Origin: Psammoneis japonica
Lineage: Eukaryota
NCBI GenBank assembly: GCA_008632985.1
Contig: QPGO01000007.1
Span: forward strand, 62,001-126,000
Direction of reading: 5' to 3'
Length of the DNA stretch: 64,000 nucleotides
In this document: one piece after another, positions 34,834-46,400 of the stretch
Numbering within the stretch: the stretch's first letter is position 1
Layout of the letters: each line of letters starts with the position of its first letter
Made by a program: the position numbers and the translations under genes
The notes under the pieces: generated by a model
Seen by the model: only the letters and a program-made list of their open reading frames with translations
Databases searched by the model: none
What the model was told of the DNA's origin: nothing

Positions 34834-35124
34834 TGCCGAATATCACGGTCATCTATATTCATTCGTATATTCATTCGTGGGTGTCAACCTGGTGTCAAAA
34901 GTGTCAAAAGGATGTCAACGATGACACTTTCTAGAAACCTCTTCTCCTTTCTCGATACATCTCGATGCCTCTCGAAAGATTGTTTCTTTATATTTCTACG
35001 CGGTTTCTTAGTATTAATTCTACGAGATTTCGGAGTAGCCGAATCTCTTTCATTTCTTCTCACAATATTAGCAACAGTCAACTTTACAACGCTACTTTAT
35101 ACTATTACTTGGCGCCACTTGGCA
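34834..35124 (+). repeat. Gypsy 3' LTR
   Basis: Direct repeat of 30225-30515. Confidence 0.95.
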
Positions 35125-35686
35125 AGTAGTATATGCGGGGCAAACAGAGCAACACTCTTTGCCGATTCATCAAAGCACATATCCTTAGATGCATCGACAC
35201 CAAAGAACTCGTAGTACCGGTACAAAAAGTGACACAACACAAACGCTCCGAGCAGCGCATGGACTCTGTGAAACCACCATTCTTTGTTGGACGGTAATTT
35301 ACTGGACGAGGTTATCAAAGCTCGGGGCATTCTGCATCCAGGACGAAAACAACACCATGGCGATCAATCGCAGGAAAAGTTCAATAAAAGATCGGCGGAG
35401 CGAGGTGCTGAAAGTTTGATCTTCACGAACCAATGTTTTATAGTTTATCTTTATGGTGTTGCATCTTATTGTAAGGTTATTACTCTGAATATTACAAAAT
35501 ATTCGCATACTCTAGAGAGAGGAACTTTCATACAATAAATTCCAATCGCGCGTCTCGCCCCAAATCAAAAATGGTGAAGTCAACGGCGTACCGGTACTTC
35601 GACTCCTCTAAAGGCTCTCTTCGTACATGAGATAATCCCGAGAACAACGCGCCATACATAAGCAAGGGGAAAAACTTGGGGAGAAA

Positions 35687-36178
35687 ATGAAAAGTGAAAG
35701 AATCGTTGTTCCAACTCGTGAGGTAAATGGCGGCTTTGATTCGAAGTTCGAAACCGATCCATACAATGTAAAACTCTATGGGATGTTGACTGCAGACGAG
35801 TACACTGATTGCATCACAAGAGTCAACGATACCATCCGACCTGCTCGTTCGAATCAGCTTGATACTGCCCTTCTCATCACAGGGCCACTCCTTGTGCCTC
35901 TGGGGGTATGGGGGGTGAGACACGCGATACAAGTTAAAAAGAGAAAGAAGCTTCTGAAACAAGCAATCCAAGAATTTAATTCACAGCACCCTGGACTGCT
36001 AATGCGTTGGAATCGTAGGCCAGTTTCCCGCCTAACGATTGAAAGGAGATCAGGGGAGAATATAAGCATGTCTACTCCGTCGGTGGAGCCAAATGGATCG
36101 GAAATTATTGTTTACGCCCAGCCAATAAATAACGGTGCCAGCCATACCACGACCACAGAATCACACCCACTTTTGTAA
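35687..36178 (+). CDS. Small conserved protein, Erf4/golgin-A7-like
   Basis: L.G.LT.DEY...I.RVN, a hydrophobic hairpin, then L...I.EFN; resembles the Erf4 fold. Confidence 0.55.
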   Translation: MKSERIVVPTREVNGGFDSKFETDPYNVKLYGMLTADEYTDCITRVNDTIRPARSNQLDTALLITGPLLVPLGVWGVRHAIQVKKRKKLLKQAIQEFNSQHPGLLMRWNRRPVSRLTIERRSGENISMSTPSVEPNGSEIIVYAQPINNGASHTTTTESHPLL

Positions 36179-36274
36179 CATAACCTTGCGAAGCCGACAG
36201 CCATTAGCAGTAGAATTAGACACCACGCCCTAAATATCAGTCAGTATGTTTAGAAAGCGCTTAAAATTTGAGCC

Positions 36275-37736
36275 TCAAACCATCCTCGGTTTGTGGATGG
36301 AATCCCCCCCCCCCCCCCCCCTGCAGCTGTTTCTTCCCAAATCACAACGTATCCGGGATCCCAAGAGCACTCGTATCAACATTCGAAGGTCCTCTTCTGC
36401 ATAGCACAGTGTGTTCTCGCGTCCTGATCTGATGGAACGTTCTGACGGCACATTTTCCCCAATATGAATAAAACCATCTGTAACCTTGCTATCTGATTCC
36501 GTTCTCTGCAAGGGTTGTTTTAGCGCTTTCATGATTAGGCAAAGGCGAGAATATCAGACAAGAGAGATAGACGAACTGACTGGCGGAACGCCGGTGCGTG
36601 CACGGAAAAATCGACATTGCATCCCGCCTCCCTCCGCCAATTCAGCTCCCCATTTGCTTTCCCCAATCCGCCAAAATGTTTTTGGCGTTATCCATCTGTA
36701 GCCTGTGAGCTTGTATCAACAGCATTATCGTCTGTTTCTGGAATGAGCTCAAGATTTTCCGGACTTATCGCCAGGGGCAGATCTGCGTCGTTGTCGCGAA
36801 AAATCCCAGCCACGAGATACCAGCCACCTGAAACAGATCCCTGAATACTTCCAATCAAACCCTTGTATGGACCATTAGTCACAACAACCGACCTCCCATC
36901 AAAAGCCGAGTTTTTCCGTCGAGCTTGCGGAGTAACATCTGAGCTTATACGTGTGTTGGCCGAGCTACGGCCTTCCCTGAAACTAAGATAAAGGCAACAA
37001 CAAAGTGAGGCGCGCTTGTTCTTGGCAAATAAAGAAAAAGGCCAATGACGTACCTCGTGCGCATCTTTGACGCTGCATGAGAGGATGGAGCCGACGGAAT
37101 AATTGGTTCATATTCGGCATGATTTTTAAGGACATCTGCAAGGTCGCCAACTGCAACTGCTTGATCGCCACACATGATCTTTCCAGTTCTTCGATTAAAA
37201 ATGTCGACTTTGGAATCTTTAGGCAAATGTGAAACACAAGATGAAATCTCACGATCTCCGTTCAAAAGTATAGGAGGAAGTGTATGTGTAAATCTGTGTT
37301 GGTCTTGTCTGTAGTTTACGCCGGGTGGGTTTTTCGTAGTTCCTCTCTGTTTAGCTAGGCGTTCTGACACTAGTGTGGCCTCCGGAGAATCATTAGCCTG
37401 TGAGTCATCGACCTGTGATCCACTGTCGATATGAGCCTTTGGAGAGTTCCGAGACGAGCTCGGAGATCGTTTCCGTTTACTTGATTTTCTCGATCCCTTA
37501 TTTGCAATGCTTTCGCCGTCATTCATCTTCTTGTTCACATATGCACGAAGCTCTGTGCTGCCCTCTTCTCCTATTTCCTTGCTATCACTGCTAGCACATA
37601 GCCTCTGATATCCATCGGTACCATTCATGATTTCTACAGTATTCTTCCTCGCCACGGCCGAAAGCTCAGAAAGAAACCAGAAATATTCCAACGTTATTGC
37701 GGCTTTCCCATGCACGTACAGTAGCACGTAGCGCAC
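36275..37736 (-). CDS. Multi-exon hypothetical protein with a BRK-like domain and a KOW-like motif (boundaries uncertain)
   Basis: IFNRRTGKIMCGDQA....DLADVLKNHAEYEP (BRK-like); VVVTNGPYKGLIGSI (KOW-like). Confidence 0.55.
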
Positions 37737-38422
37737 CCTAACCCTGTTGGTTTTGCTCTGAAGTATACACTCAACTGATTTATAGAATAAGTTCTACTCT
37801 AGTGCAATACGACGTCTCGAGTGACTCTACCTTGGAAATGGTGCAATGACGAGGAATATTCAGAGCTCCAAGACGACGTTGGCCATTGTCTTTTTTTTTT
37901 TTGTGTCTTTGCACGCGTCATTCCAGGTGATTGTTTTCAGGGTAAAAACGAGAAAAATAGGAAACTGTCAAAATACCCATTGCATTTTTCAAAAATTTAA
38001 CTTTTTAGCCGACCATCGTGAAAACGCAAATCATCGCGATTATTGCTGGCAAAGCAACTGACTTCGCTGTCGGTGCTGGCAAGAAGAAGCTTCTCTGTTT
38101 TCCTTTCAAATGTATGTACTTATGAGATTCACAGCACTAGAGGTTGATTTGAGATTTGAGAAAGTGTAACTGACAACCAAACTGACAACAGTCTTCGACA
38201 TCGTGAAGTACAGTATGCTAAAATGCTAACCACAGAAAGACAGCTTGGATCTTAGTACGATTAAGATTTAACGATAGAACCAATGCATCTCACTGTGAGA
38301 AAATAGAAGGCGTAACATAAACAGAAATTGTTGATCAGGATTACATCATCTAACGCCAAACTCATGAGCCCAATAGAACATGAATTGTCCTGAGCTGTCC
38401 ACCTTAAAAATCCAGCTGCCCC

Positions 38423-38809
38423 TCAAGGCTCTTGTTCCAATTCTGTCTCATTTTCTAGCTCTGGTATCCGTGTACCAATCCCAACATCCTGAAGGGATGA
38501 ATCAAAAGTTACAATCGCCTTCTTGAAATCCTTATACTTGTAGTAGGCAATCCTCCTCCGACCCAGCACTCGTTTACGTTTCCCCAAATAATTCATTGTG
38601 TTAACCTTCTTGACTGGCAGCTGGTAGATTTTAGTCAAGTATTCCTTGATTTCGTGCTTGGTCATTCGAGGCAACACCCGAAACACGGCACTTGCCGGCC
38701 GCGTCTCTGTTGCATTCCGTGCGCCCACCAACGTCATGGGCATTGTCGGCATCCACATTCGGAAACCATGCTTGGCTCTATTGAAACACAAACCAAACGT
38801 ACGATGCAT
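38423..38809 (-). CDS. MRPL23: Mitochondrial ribosomal protein uL23
   Basis: FRV.PRMTK.EIKEYL..IY.L.V.KVNT.N..GK.KR...DFKKAIVT. Confidence 0.9.
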   Translation of the reverse strand: MHRTFGLCFNRAKHGFRMWMPTMPMTLVGARNATETRPASAVFRVLPRMTKHEIKEYLTKIYQLPVKKVNTMNYLGKRKRVLGRRRIAYYKYKDFKKAIVTFDSSLQDVGIGTRIPELENETELEQEP

Positions 38810-39332
38810 TTTTTCAGTTTACAAACTAATCAATCCTGGGGACCACTGGACCACTTTGCACAAAGGTCTTAGTTGTACGGTATGCCAAGCAACCTTTGTC
38901 GTTGTGGAGTTGTGTGATGCCATGGTGCGTGTTGTGCTGCGCTCCGCCGACGGTCGGCGGACGTACTGTACGCCTGTGGCGAGCGAGCGCGCGACGCACG
39001 CACACCCTGTTGAACTACGACTACATACGATTAATACCACTTGCTTATGTCAAAAAGACACTTTATCCATAATTAATGAATGAATGTAATCATTAATCTC
39101 AACGGAGATTTTTGAAATTTGGATATACATGAACATAGACTCACAAATGTCGCTCGTGAGTCCAATTTTCGTGTTTTTGTTGGTGTCCTTCCGCAAAAGA
39201 CTGTGACTCACAACGCGACAACGCAACACCTTCAACAGCGACCAAGCATCCCACCTTCCGTCGCAGTCCCGAGAGCCAAATACGTCGCTGATAAGTTTGT
39301 GGATTACCCTTATACCTGACATATACTGCAGA

Positions 39333-39935
39333 ATGATAAAGTGGGTCATGCATAGTTGCATAGTATTGGTGCTTTTTGTCTTTTTCTCCGCGCCTCTGGT
39401 GGATGCGGCGGATTCTGGTTTGCGAGGGCGATCTTTTCTTGCGAAAAAGGCGCTGCTGCTCCCTCTAGACGAAATTGGTGGGTCAGCGAGCAAAATAAAT
39501 TCCCTGATGAAAGGTCAGGATGCATCTGTTATTAGGGAACAGAGTGAGGGGCATGAGAACGTCTTCAGAACGAGAATTCTCAATCAAGCGCATTCACGAG
39601 TAGCCCGCCCGCAAAGACAGTTGGAAGGCAGCAGTCCGGACCTGTCGTGGCTGTGGGCTCTCTTGGGCTCTTTAGGGTTCCTGGCTATCATGTGGCTGTT
39701 GTTGAGACAGTTGCGAAAATACAACGAGCGAAAGAGTGAGGAAGCTTCTCCGCCACCAACAGAGGAAGAAGCGGAAGAAGAAAACTCCCAAGCAGAAGAA
39801 AACCCGCATCAAGAAGTGGAAGTAAAGTCACAACAAGATGCGGAAGAAAAGTTTCAAAACGACCAGGAAAACGACAGTGGGGGAGATAAGAAGGATGAAA
39901 CGGGGACAAATGGTGTGAACGAGTCTGAAACGTGA
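39333..39935 (+). CDS. Hypothetical type I membrane protein with an acidic cytoplasmic tail
   Basis: Signal peptide, single TM (LSWLWALLGSLGFLAIMWLLL), E/Q-rich C-terminus. Confidence 0.6.
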   Translation: MIKWVMHSCIVLVLFVFFSAPLVDAADSGLRGRSFLAKKALLLPLDEIGGSASKINSLMKGQDASVIREQSEGHENVFRTRILNQAHSRVARPQRQLEGSSPDLSWLWALLGSLGFLAIMWLLLRQLRKYNERKSEEASPPPTEEEAEEENSQAEENPHQEVEVKSQQDAEEKFQNDQENDSGGDKKDETGTNGVNESET

Positions 39936-40569
39936 GATTCTTGACTCCGGCATGTGCTACCGGTAGTCAAAAATCCGAGGCGATCACAATGTGTGGAGAA
40001 GATGCCGGCCGCTAGATTGTGTTCCATGTATGAAGGAGTGACGCTGTACAGTCTCACGGAAATGATCTTGCTTGTCCATGTTCACCTCCATTTTAAAAAG
40101 CGTGCGTCTGCGAATCCCACCTGCACGGATGAGAGTTGAGGTAGGGAAGAAACTCGCATGAACTGACCAGTCGAGCATCCAGGAAATTAACGGTGCATCT
40201 TTTGAACGTGAGACGTCCTCCACGAAATCTCGACATTATGAACCGAAAACTTATTCATCTTTCATAACGAAAAGCACATGTTTTACTGACGCTGTTTTTA
40301 AAAGTTAGATTGATCCGACCCTTGTTTTAGCCTTGACAATTCTTGGCACCTTTACATGTAGATGCGATAAGAAAGCTGCTTATCCATTTATTCTAAGCGG
40401 TACCATCCAGTAGACTAGTCGTAGACAATAGTCATGTCTGAGACACACGAGAAAGAGGTAGGGACTCCGCAACCTACATACCGGTAGTTAGAATTTGTAC
40501 TTTACAGAGAGAAAGTGCGCAAAGACCTACAGTATCATCTTTAGTCTGATGAATGTGCTGAAAGCCCAT

Positions 40570-40745
40570 ATTTTACTTAGCTAGCGAGAGAGCTGCTCTC
40601 TACTCTAGCTAGAGAGCTCTCTAATAGGGCCCTTTAATACCGGTAGAGTAAAGAAAAAATACCGGTAGAGTAGAGAGTAGCTACTCTCTACTCTAGCTAG
40701 AGAGTAGTCTCTAGAGTAGAGAGTGAGAGTAGGTAGCCCTAACAG
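40570..40745. repeat. CTAG/TAGAG/CTCTA/TACCGGTA low-complexity motif cluster (also ~19135-19225, 48440-48590, 51400-51505, 53760-53880, 57625-57700)
   Basis: Dense recurrence of the same short TpA-rich palindromic words in intergenic DNA. Confidence 0.75.
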
Positions 40746-40932
40746 ACTCCTACCTCTTAGTGCGGTCCGTGCTGAAAAAGGGTTATCTCGAGAGTTGGTG
40801 TGCTTCCCGTATGCTTGTACCCAGTTTCCTACGTGTTGGGGGGTGCTATGCGAGCACTCACTCTTTCGGCGATGTCCCGTCTCCCGTCACTTTTTCTGTG
40901 TACGCACAGTGTCTGAAACAAAAGGTCGCACC

Positions 40933-43281
40933 ATGACAACGATCCGTCGTCCTACGGGCGATCCGCGTCGACGCAACAGTAGGGGACGATCTTCTCTTTG
41001 TAATTGTCGCAATATTTGTCTACTCCTAATCATAGCTCAAGTTCTGTCTGTGCTACTATCAACGTTGCGGGCGCCACCCTCCAATAACCATGATGATGAG
41101 AAGCAACACAAACCGCTACAGCAGCAACACGGCATTGACTTTGTCTTGAGCGAGTTTCAAATGGGAAAAGACATGCTCATTTCTGAAACGGAAAAACGAC
41201 TTGGAATCATGGGCCCAAAGGCAAAAGATGATGATGATGATGAGGGGGACGATGACGATAAGTATGGCGAAAGAAGCGGAGACGGAAACAGCGGAGACAT
41301 TTATCGGAACAAAGGCAACCCCAGTCGACCCGGGGATACCAACAGTGGAGATGATGGGAAAGTCGGTATGGGCAACGAGGATTCGGAAAATAAGGGTTTT
41401 CAGGATTCCAATAAGGAAGCGATAATTGAGGACCGAGGGGGGATAACCGGAGGAGGTTATGTTGTGGACTACCTGTACCACCGATTGAACCCTTCATTTC
41501 GAAAGGATGATGTTGCTTCCAAGGTTGATCAGTTCAAGAAGACGGCCGAAGAGCTTGCGCATGAGACGGGGCTCGAGGCATGCTCGTATTTTTCTTCGGA
41601 GAAGGTAGGCTCGGAGAACGTGATGCTGACCATGACGCATGCAAGCTGTTTGGCCAGCGGTCCGTTGATTGCATACAACTCGCAACCATTCCCACGCATT
41701 TGGTGTGGCAGAACAATTGCCCCCGAGTCTGTGGAACGATTCGATGAACCCTGCAAGGAGTCTGTCAAGCTTTTCAATGTAGATGAAGCACCGGCATCGT
41801 CGGCAGAACAAATGCCTCCCATTGTGATCAAAAGCAGTAGCGGATCTCAAGTCCCATTGGAAGATATCCCGTGTGACATACCGTGTAAGCAACAAATAGA
41901 TATGAAGGGGTCGGCACGGGTCATTGAAGATACACCTTGGAAATTAGCGGCTACAATGGATGATCCTGCAGTGAACGCAAATGCCAGAATGGAGCGTAGC
42001 GATTATCGAAAGAATAAATTCTATTCGACGACGTCATTCAGTTCAGCCATCCCGCAGACGTTCTTTAGCTTTGACAACTACGACCTAAAGTCCTCATCTG
42101 CTGTTGACTATGACACGGCTGAAAGCGCTGCATCATACCTTATCAATGACGACTGCAGGGCCATGGGCACGAAACGACAGAAATGGTTAGACGGGGTCAA
42201 GCAACACTTTACTGTGGCGTCGTATGGTAGATGTGATCACAATACCGATACGACGTTGAATCTCAATGACCGATCGGATAGGATACAGCTTTTGAAGAAG
42301 TACCGCATCAACCTTGCGTTTGAGTCCAGCGCGGAGAAAGATCGCATTACAGATATCGTCTGGGACGCATTGCAAGCAGGTACTGTGCCCGTTGTGGTGG
42401 GGGCTCAAAACATAGTGGAGCACCTTCCAAAGAATTCATTCATCCTGAATACATTTCAGAACTTTGAAGACCTTGGCAAGTATGTGAAGTCGGTTGCTGA
42501 GAATAAAACTCTATGGGAATCCTATCACGCCTGGAGAAACAATCCAGAAGAGCTTGCCTCGTTCAATGCTCGTTATGAGTTTTCTCGTACGAGCGCTACC
42601 TGTCGGACATGCCGGTGGGCTTATGCCAAAAAGTACGGGTTGGGCTGGAATCACACGCGACAAGTCGTGCAGGGGAACGCCATTCCGCGTACCCCATGTC
42701 GCGACCAGGATGCCGCAAAAGGTCCCTTTCGAGAATCGTGGATTTCGCGAGAAAGGAAGGTGGAGTTGAAGGAGAAGGTGGATGCGTGTGAGAAAGCACA
42801 GATTCCCGTTGTTGTTGGGGGGTACACGGTCCATCGCCAGATTCATAGCCACGACGGTGTTGTTGACATGTCCATCAAAGTCAGCAATGTGGATTCGGGT
42901 TCAGGCGATCTTATTCTACGTCTCGATACTGACGTAAAGAATCTAGAGGGCGGTAGTTTTCCCAACCCGCACAGTCAAATCACCACCGTACATGGCCCGT
43001 TGGCAACGTCTATAACGATTCAAGATGAAAGAACTCGCATGACGATACTGGCCAGTTGGAACACTATTATTTCTAGTCCACAAGAGGGAATAGTCAAGAT
43101 CACCGTGCACAAGGACGGAGCTGAGTCAATGAGAGGGGACGAAACAAGACGAATTCGAGTGATCACCGAGGATACCGACACTGTGAACGATAAAGTGACA
43201 GAATTTTTCCCATCATCTTTCCTGGAGATGATGGCGAGAGATTTTGTGGATCCTCTTACGCTCTTCAGCACAGGGAGATAA
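40933..43281 (+). CDS. GT10 fucosyltransferase-like paralog with a divergent donor-binding motif
   Basis: TM segment; YRINLAFES...DRITD...GTVPVV.G; collinear with 22921-25041, including the C-terminal extension. Confidence 0.85.
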   Translation: MTTIRRPTGDPRRRNSRGRSSLCNCRNICLLLIIAQVLSVLLSTLRAPPSNNHDDEKQHKPLQQQHGIDFVLSEFQMGKDMLISETEKRLGIMGPKAKDDDDDEGDDDDKYGERSGDGNSGDIYRNKGNPSRPGDTNSGDDGKVGMGNEDSENKGFQDSNKEAIIEDRGGITGGGYVVDYLYHRLNPSFRKDDVASKVDQFKKTAEELAHETGLEACSYFSSEKVGSENVMLTMTHASCLASGPLIAYNSQPFPRIWCGRTIAPESVERFDEPCKESVKLFNVDEAPASSAEQMPPIVIKSSSGSQVPLEDIPCDIPCKQQIDMKGSARVIEDTPWKLAATMDDPAVNANARMERSDYRKNKFYSTTSFSSAIPQTFFSFDNYDLKSSSAVDYDTAESAASYLINDDCRAMGTKRQKWLDGVKQHFTVASYGRCDHNTDTTLNLNDRSDRIQLLKKYRINLAFESSAEKDRITDIVWDALQAGTVPVVVGAQNIVEHLPKNSFILNTFQNFEDLGKYVKSVAENKTLWESYHAWRNNPEELASFNARYEFSRTSATCRTCRWAYAKKYGLGWNHTRQVVQGNAIPRTPCRDQDAAKGPFRESWISRERKVELKEKVDACEKAQIPVVVGGYTVHRQIHSHDGVVDMSIKVSNVDSGSGDLILRLDTDVKNLEGGSFPNPHSQITTVHGPLATSITIQDERTRMTILASWNTIISSPQEGIVKITVHKDGAESMRGDETRRIRVITEDTDTVNDKVTEFFPSSFLEMMARDFVDPLTLFSTGR

Positions 43282-43461
43282 GTTAGTTGCAGACTCACTT
43301 GAGATCAACATAAGCTTTCTTCGTTTTCTCCATTGCGCGTTCGTGCTGAATAATACACTGTAATATGTAAGGGGGGTGACGCGACCGGTATTCCAGTTGT
43401 GCTGCTCTTTTATTTGACTTATAACGTTTCGAATAGAACCATGTAGCTCAACGCAGCAACT

Positions 43462-46400
43462 TTAAGAAGAGTGTCCGACGTAGTCATACTTGGGAAATAC
43501 AAAAGAATCCATTTCACCGTTTCCTTCTTCCCCAACGCCTTTTCTTCTTCGACTTTTGCGCCATTTCATTGAGCACTGCGCCCATATTCCCACGGAGACT
43601 GCTCTTTGAAGGTGAGAACGATGCTCCCATGTCCGAATTGGTTTTAGGTGCTAGGACAGGAGAGCCAAAGGTCTTTGCGCACTCCTTTCGTTTTAACTGT
43701 GATTTATTCCATCATCAAAAGGGGGCAGGGGTCAGCGCAAACTTTCATTGTCGAAAGGAAAGAACAAGCCAGTGTCGCCGCGTAACTCACCTTCTCCTTC
43801 TCGGTCGAAATAGCTTCTTCAAAGCTCGTCGAAAAAGTAGCCAAGATCTGAAACACTTCATGGGATCGCAGCTCGTCCTCTTTATCTTCTTCTCCAAAAT
43901 ACCTTAGTAGTGATGTATGCTTCTGCTTGCATGACTCCACAATCCCAACAATATCCACTATCTCAAGACAGGCCGCGAGGGTGAAGCGACCAACCGATGT
44001 TGACTCAAGGATTTGCGTCTCTTCCTGAAGGCCGAGCCCAAGGGACTTATCGCTCAGCGTGTCGTCATCATCAGGGACTTCCTGTCCGTGACTGAGTGCG
44101 ATCCTCCGTAGATTTTCCAATTCATTCTCGAGCCTCCCTAGTTCAGCAACTGAAAAATCCCAATGTATCTTCTCCGCTTTGAAGACAGATGGCAACTCAT
44201 CCTTCAGACGATTCGTGATGACATCGTTCTTCAACAGAAGTCTAGCAACATACTGCAAAAAGGTTGTCTTCTTGTCAAAAGCCTTGGCCTGATGCAGCAT
44301 CAGAAGGGAATCCAAAGTGATTGCAGAAGCGTTCTTCTTTGTGCTGATGCCTGCAGCATTGAGGCGGTTCCCGACATCAAGGATTGCTCCGAGTACTTTT
44401 CGAAGTTCCACCGAGGACATGATTTCGTCGCAAGCCCGTTGAACCAAGTGAGAATCTAAGAGTAACCGATACAGTCGCCAAACGGGAGTATGAGCGATGA
44501 TGATGTAATCAGTACTGACAAAAATACCTTAACAACTCACCTTTTCGCAACTCTCCGGCCGCGCTTGAAAACTTCTGCATAAAAAGCAACGCGTCGAGCT
44601 TTCGCTTTGCATGAGGCACGTTCATCATGGTCACCATGAACTTCTCGCATTCGCAAATCCCCATCATCGACGGCTTCTGAGATAGAAACCTTTTCAGCAG
44701 TTTTGTTTCCTCGGCTGTCGGAAGGAGTTGAGCAATTCCTCGAATCTGTTCTGGTGTGAAAGCAGTGACATCGCTACCGTGGAAGAGGGAGGCGAAAAGG
44801 GCGAACATAAGATTCAAAATCAGACAAACGACAGAGAGGGAACCAGTGGTTACTTACAACGCGTTCACTGCCTCGGCAATTTCACTATACGCGAGTTTGA
44901 TCGTCGCGAGGATGATTCCGCCGTTATTGGCACGCTTCGGATCAATAACTTTCACCGATACCTCGTCCTCTTGTGATACCCGAGGCGGGGACTTGACGGG
45001 AGAGCCCAGCTCTGCCTGGAATAGCTCCTTGAATTCAACTTCATCGCAGATAAGCTTAGGATTAGATTCCAGTAGAGCCCAGACTGAGCCCGTCTTCACG
45101 TTGTTATGGGCTTTCCAATGCAGTCGTATGCGGCGATGAGTGTCTTTTGGGGTCGACGCGACCACAACGTTGCCCTTCTTATTCTCTGTAGAAGGAGCGG
45201 GAGAGTTGTGGTCTCCATCCAAGATCGAGGGATCAAATCCATCCCTCATCATAGCGTGCTGCACCGCTCCCATAGGAACGCCTCGTTTCAACATAGTGAA
45301 GAACTTTGCATACTTTGGGTCGTCTTTCAGAGGCACCGTTTGAGTTTCTTGAGCTCCTCCAATTGTCTGTACTGGATCAGGTTGCATGCCATCCTTCGAT
45401 GGAGATCGCGTGTCGTCGGAACCAAGAGAAGAAGCCAGATTTGTACTGCATTCGTTTTCGGTATCAGCTTCAGCGACAAGCTCGGATGGAGGGGGAGCAA
45501 ACGCATCTGGGGTAAAACTTGGCTTCTGACGACTTGCCAGCATCTTGGCCAGGTTCGCTCGAGCCTGTTCCTTTCGGGGAGGTGGATTTTCTTCCGAATG
45601 TTGCGCACGTTGCTGCAACATGTCCGAGAGATTCTTCCGGGCAAAGTCCATATTCGATCGAGCTGGAACATGATCCGTTTGCGGTGGAATACCTTGCTCG
45701 CGGCTTGAACTCGTTGTCTGAAGGTCAGCTTTCGATCGCTCCTGATAAGCCGTTGGTTGAGAGCTGTCAGTTTTGCTTGGGCCTTCTCCCTCAGACCTAG
45801 CGAAGGCACGAGTAGACTCCTGGCCATCCGTTTCAAAGTCGTGGACACCGGATCGCGTAGAAGGTTCGAATCCTTCTTCGGACTGACACTGAGACAGAGG
45901 CTCCTGACCACCCTCCTCCACCTGGTTATCTTCGTGAGATGCGGAAGAGTTCTGCGCTTGCACTTCTCTATTTTGATTTCCATTCTCTTGTGACGCGCAC
46001 TTGTACTTTCCAATTGGGTTGAACGAGTCCGGCATGACAACTACCGACCGCCTTGGCTTTTGCGGAGGCGGTGAAACCCCTGAATGAGCTCGAAAGGGCC
46101 CCCCTCGGTTTGTTGTAACTTTCTTCAACCTGGCACGAACCGTCAAAAGCTCATCTCCATCATGAGCGACCTGCTCCTTTGGAACAAAAGACTGCACAAC
46201 TGTCTTCTTCTTACTGGCCGTCGAGCCATCAGAAAGTCCTCGAAAACGTGTGTCAAGTTTGCAGGGGACGGCTTTGGGTTTCAAGGGTGACGAAATACTC
46301 GCATCCATGTTGTCCTCTGAACTCATTGGCTTAGCTGCCTCTCTATCGAGGCAACCGTAACTCATTACATCGGAGGCGTCCGATATCGAATCAATGTCAA

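Larger units (their letters stand above)
30225..35124 (+). mobile_element. Ty3/gypsy LTR retrotransposon, full length, TSD AGTAG
   Basis: 291-bp LTRs at 30225-30515 and 34834-35124 (TGCC...GGCA). AGTAG at 30220-30224 and 35125-35129. PPT GGGGAAGCGAG. Confidence 0.97.
29416..35330 (-). pseudogene. Multi-pass membrane protein gene split by the gypsy element (5' part 35330-35125, 3' part 30224-29416); additional frameshift near 29620
   Basis: Removing the element and one AGTAG restores ...FAPHILL|QLTGLFFQLPKKRHPDGSR... in frame. Confidence 0.8.

Noticed and set aside
36304..36321. Poly-C run as a functional element
   Set aside because: An isolated homopolymer whose length is unreliable in assemblies.
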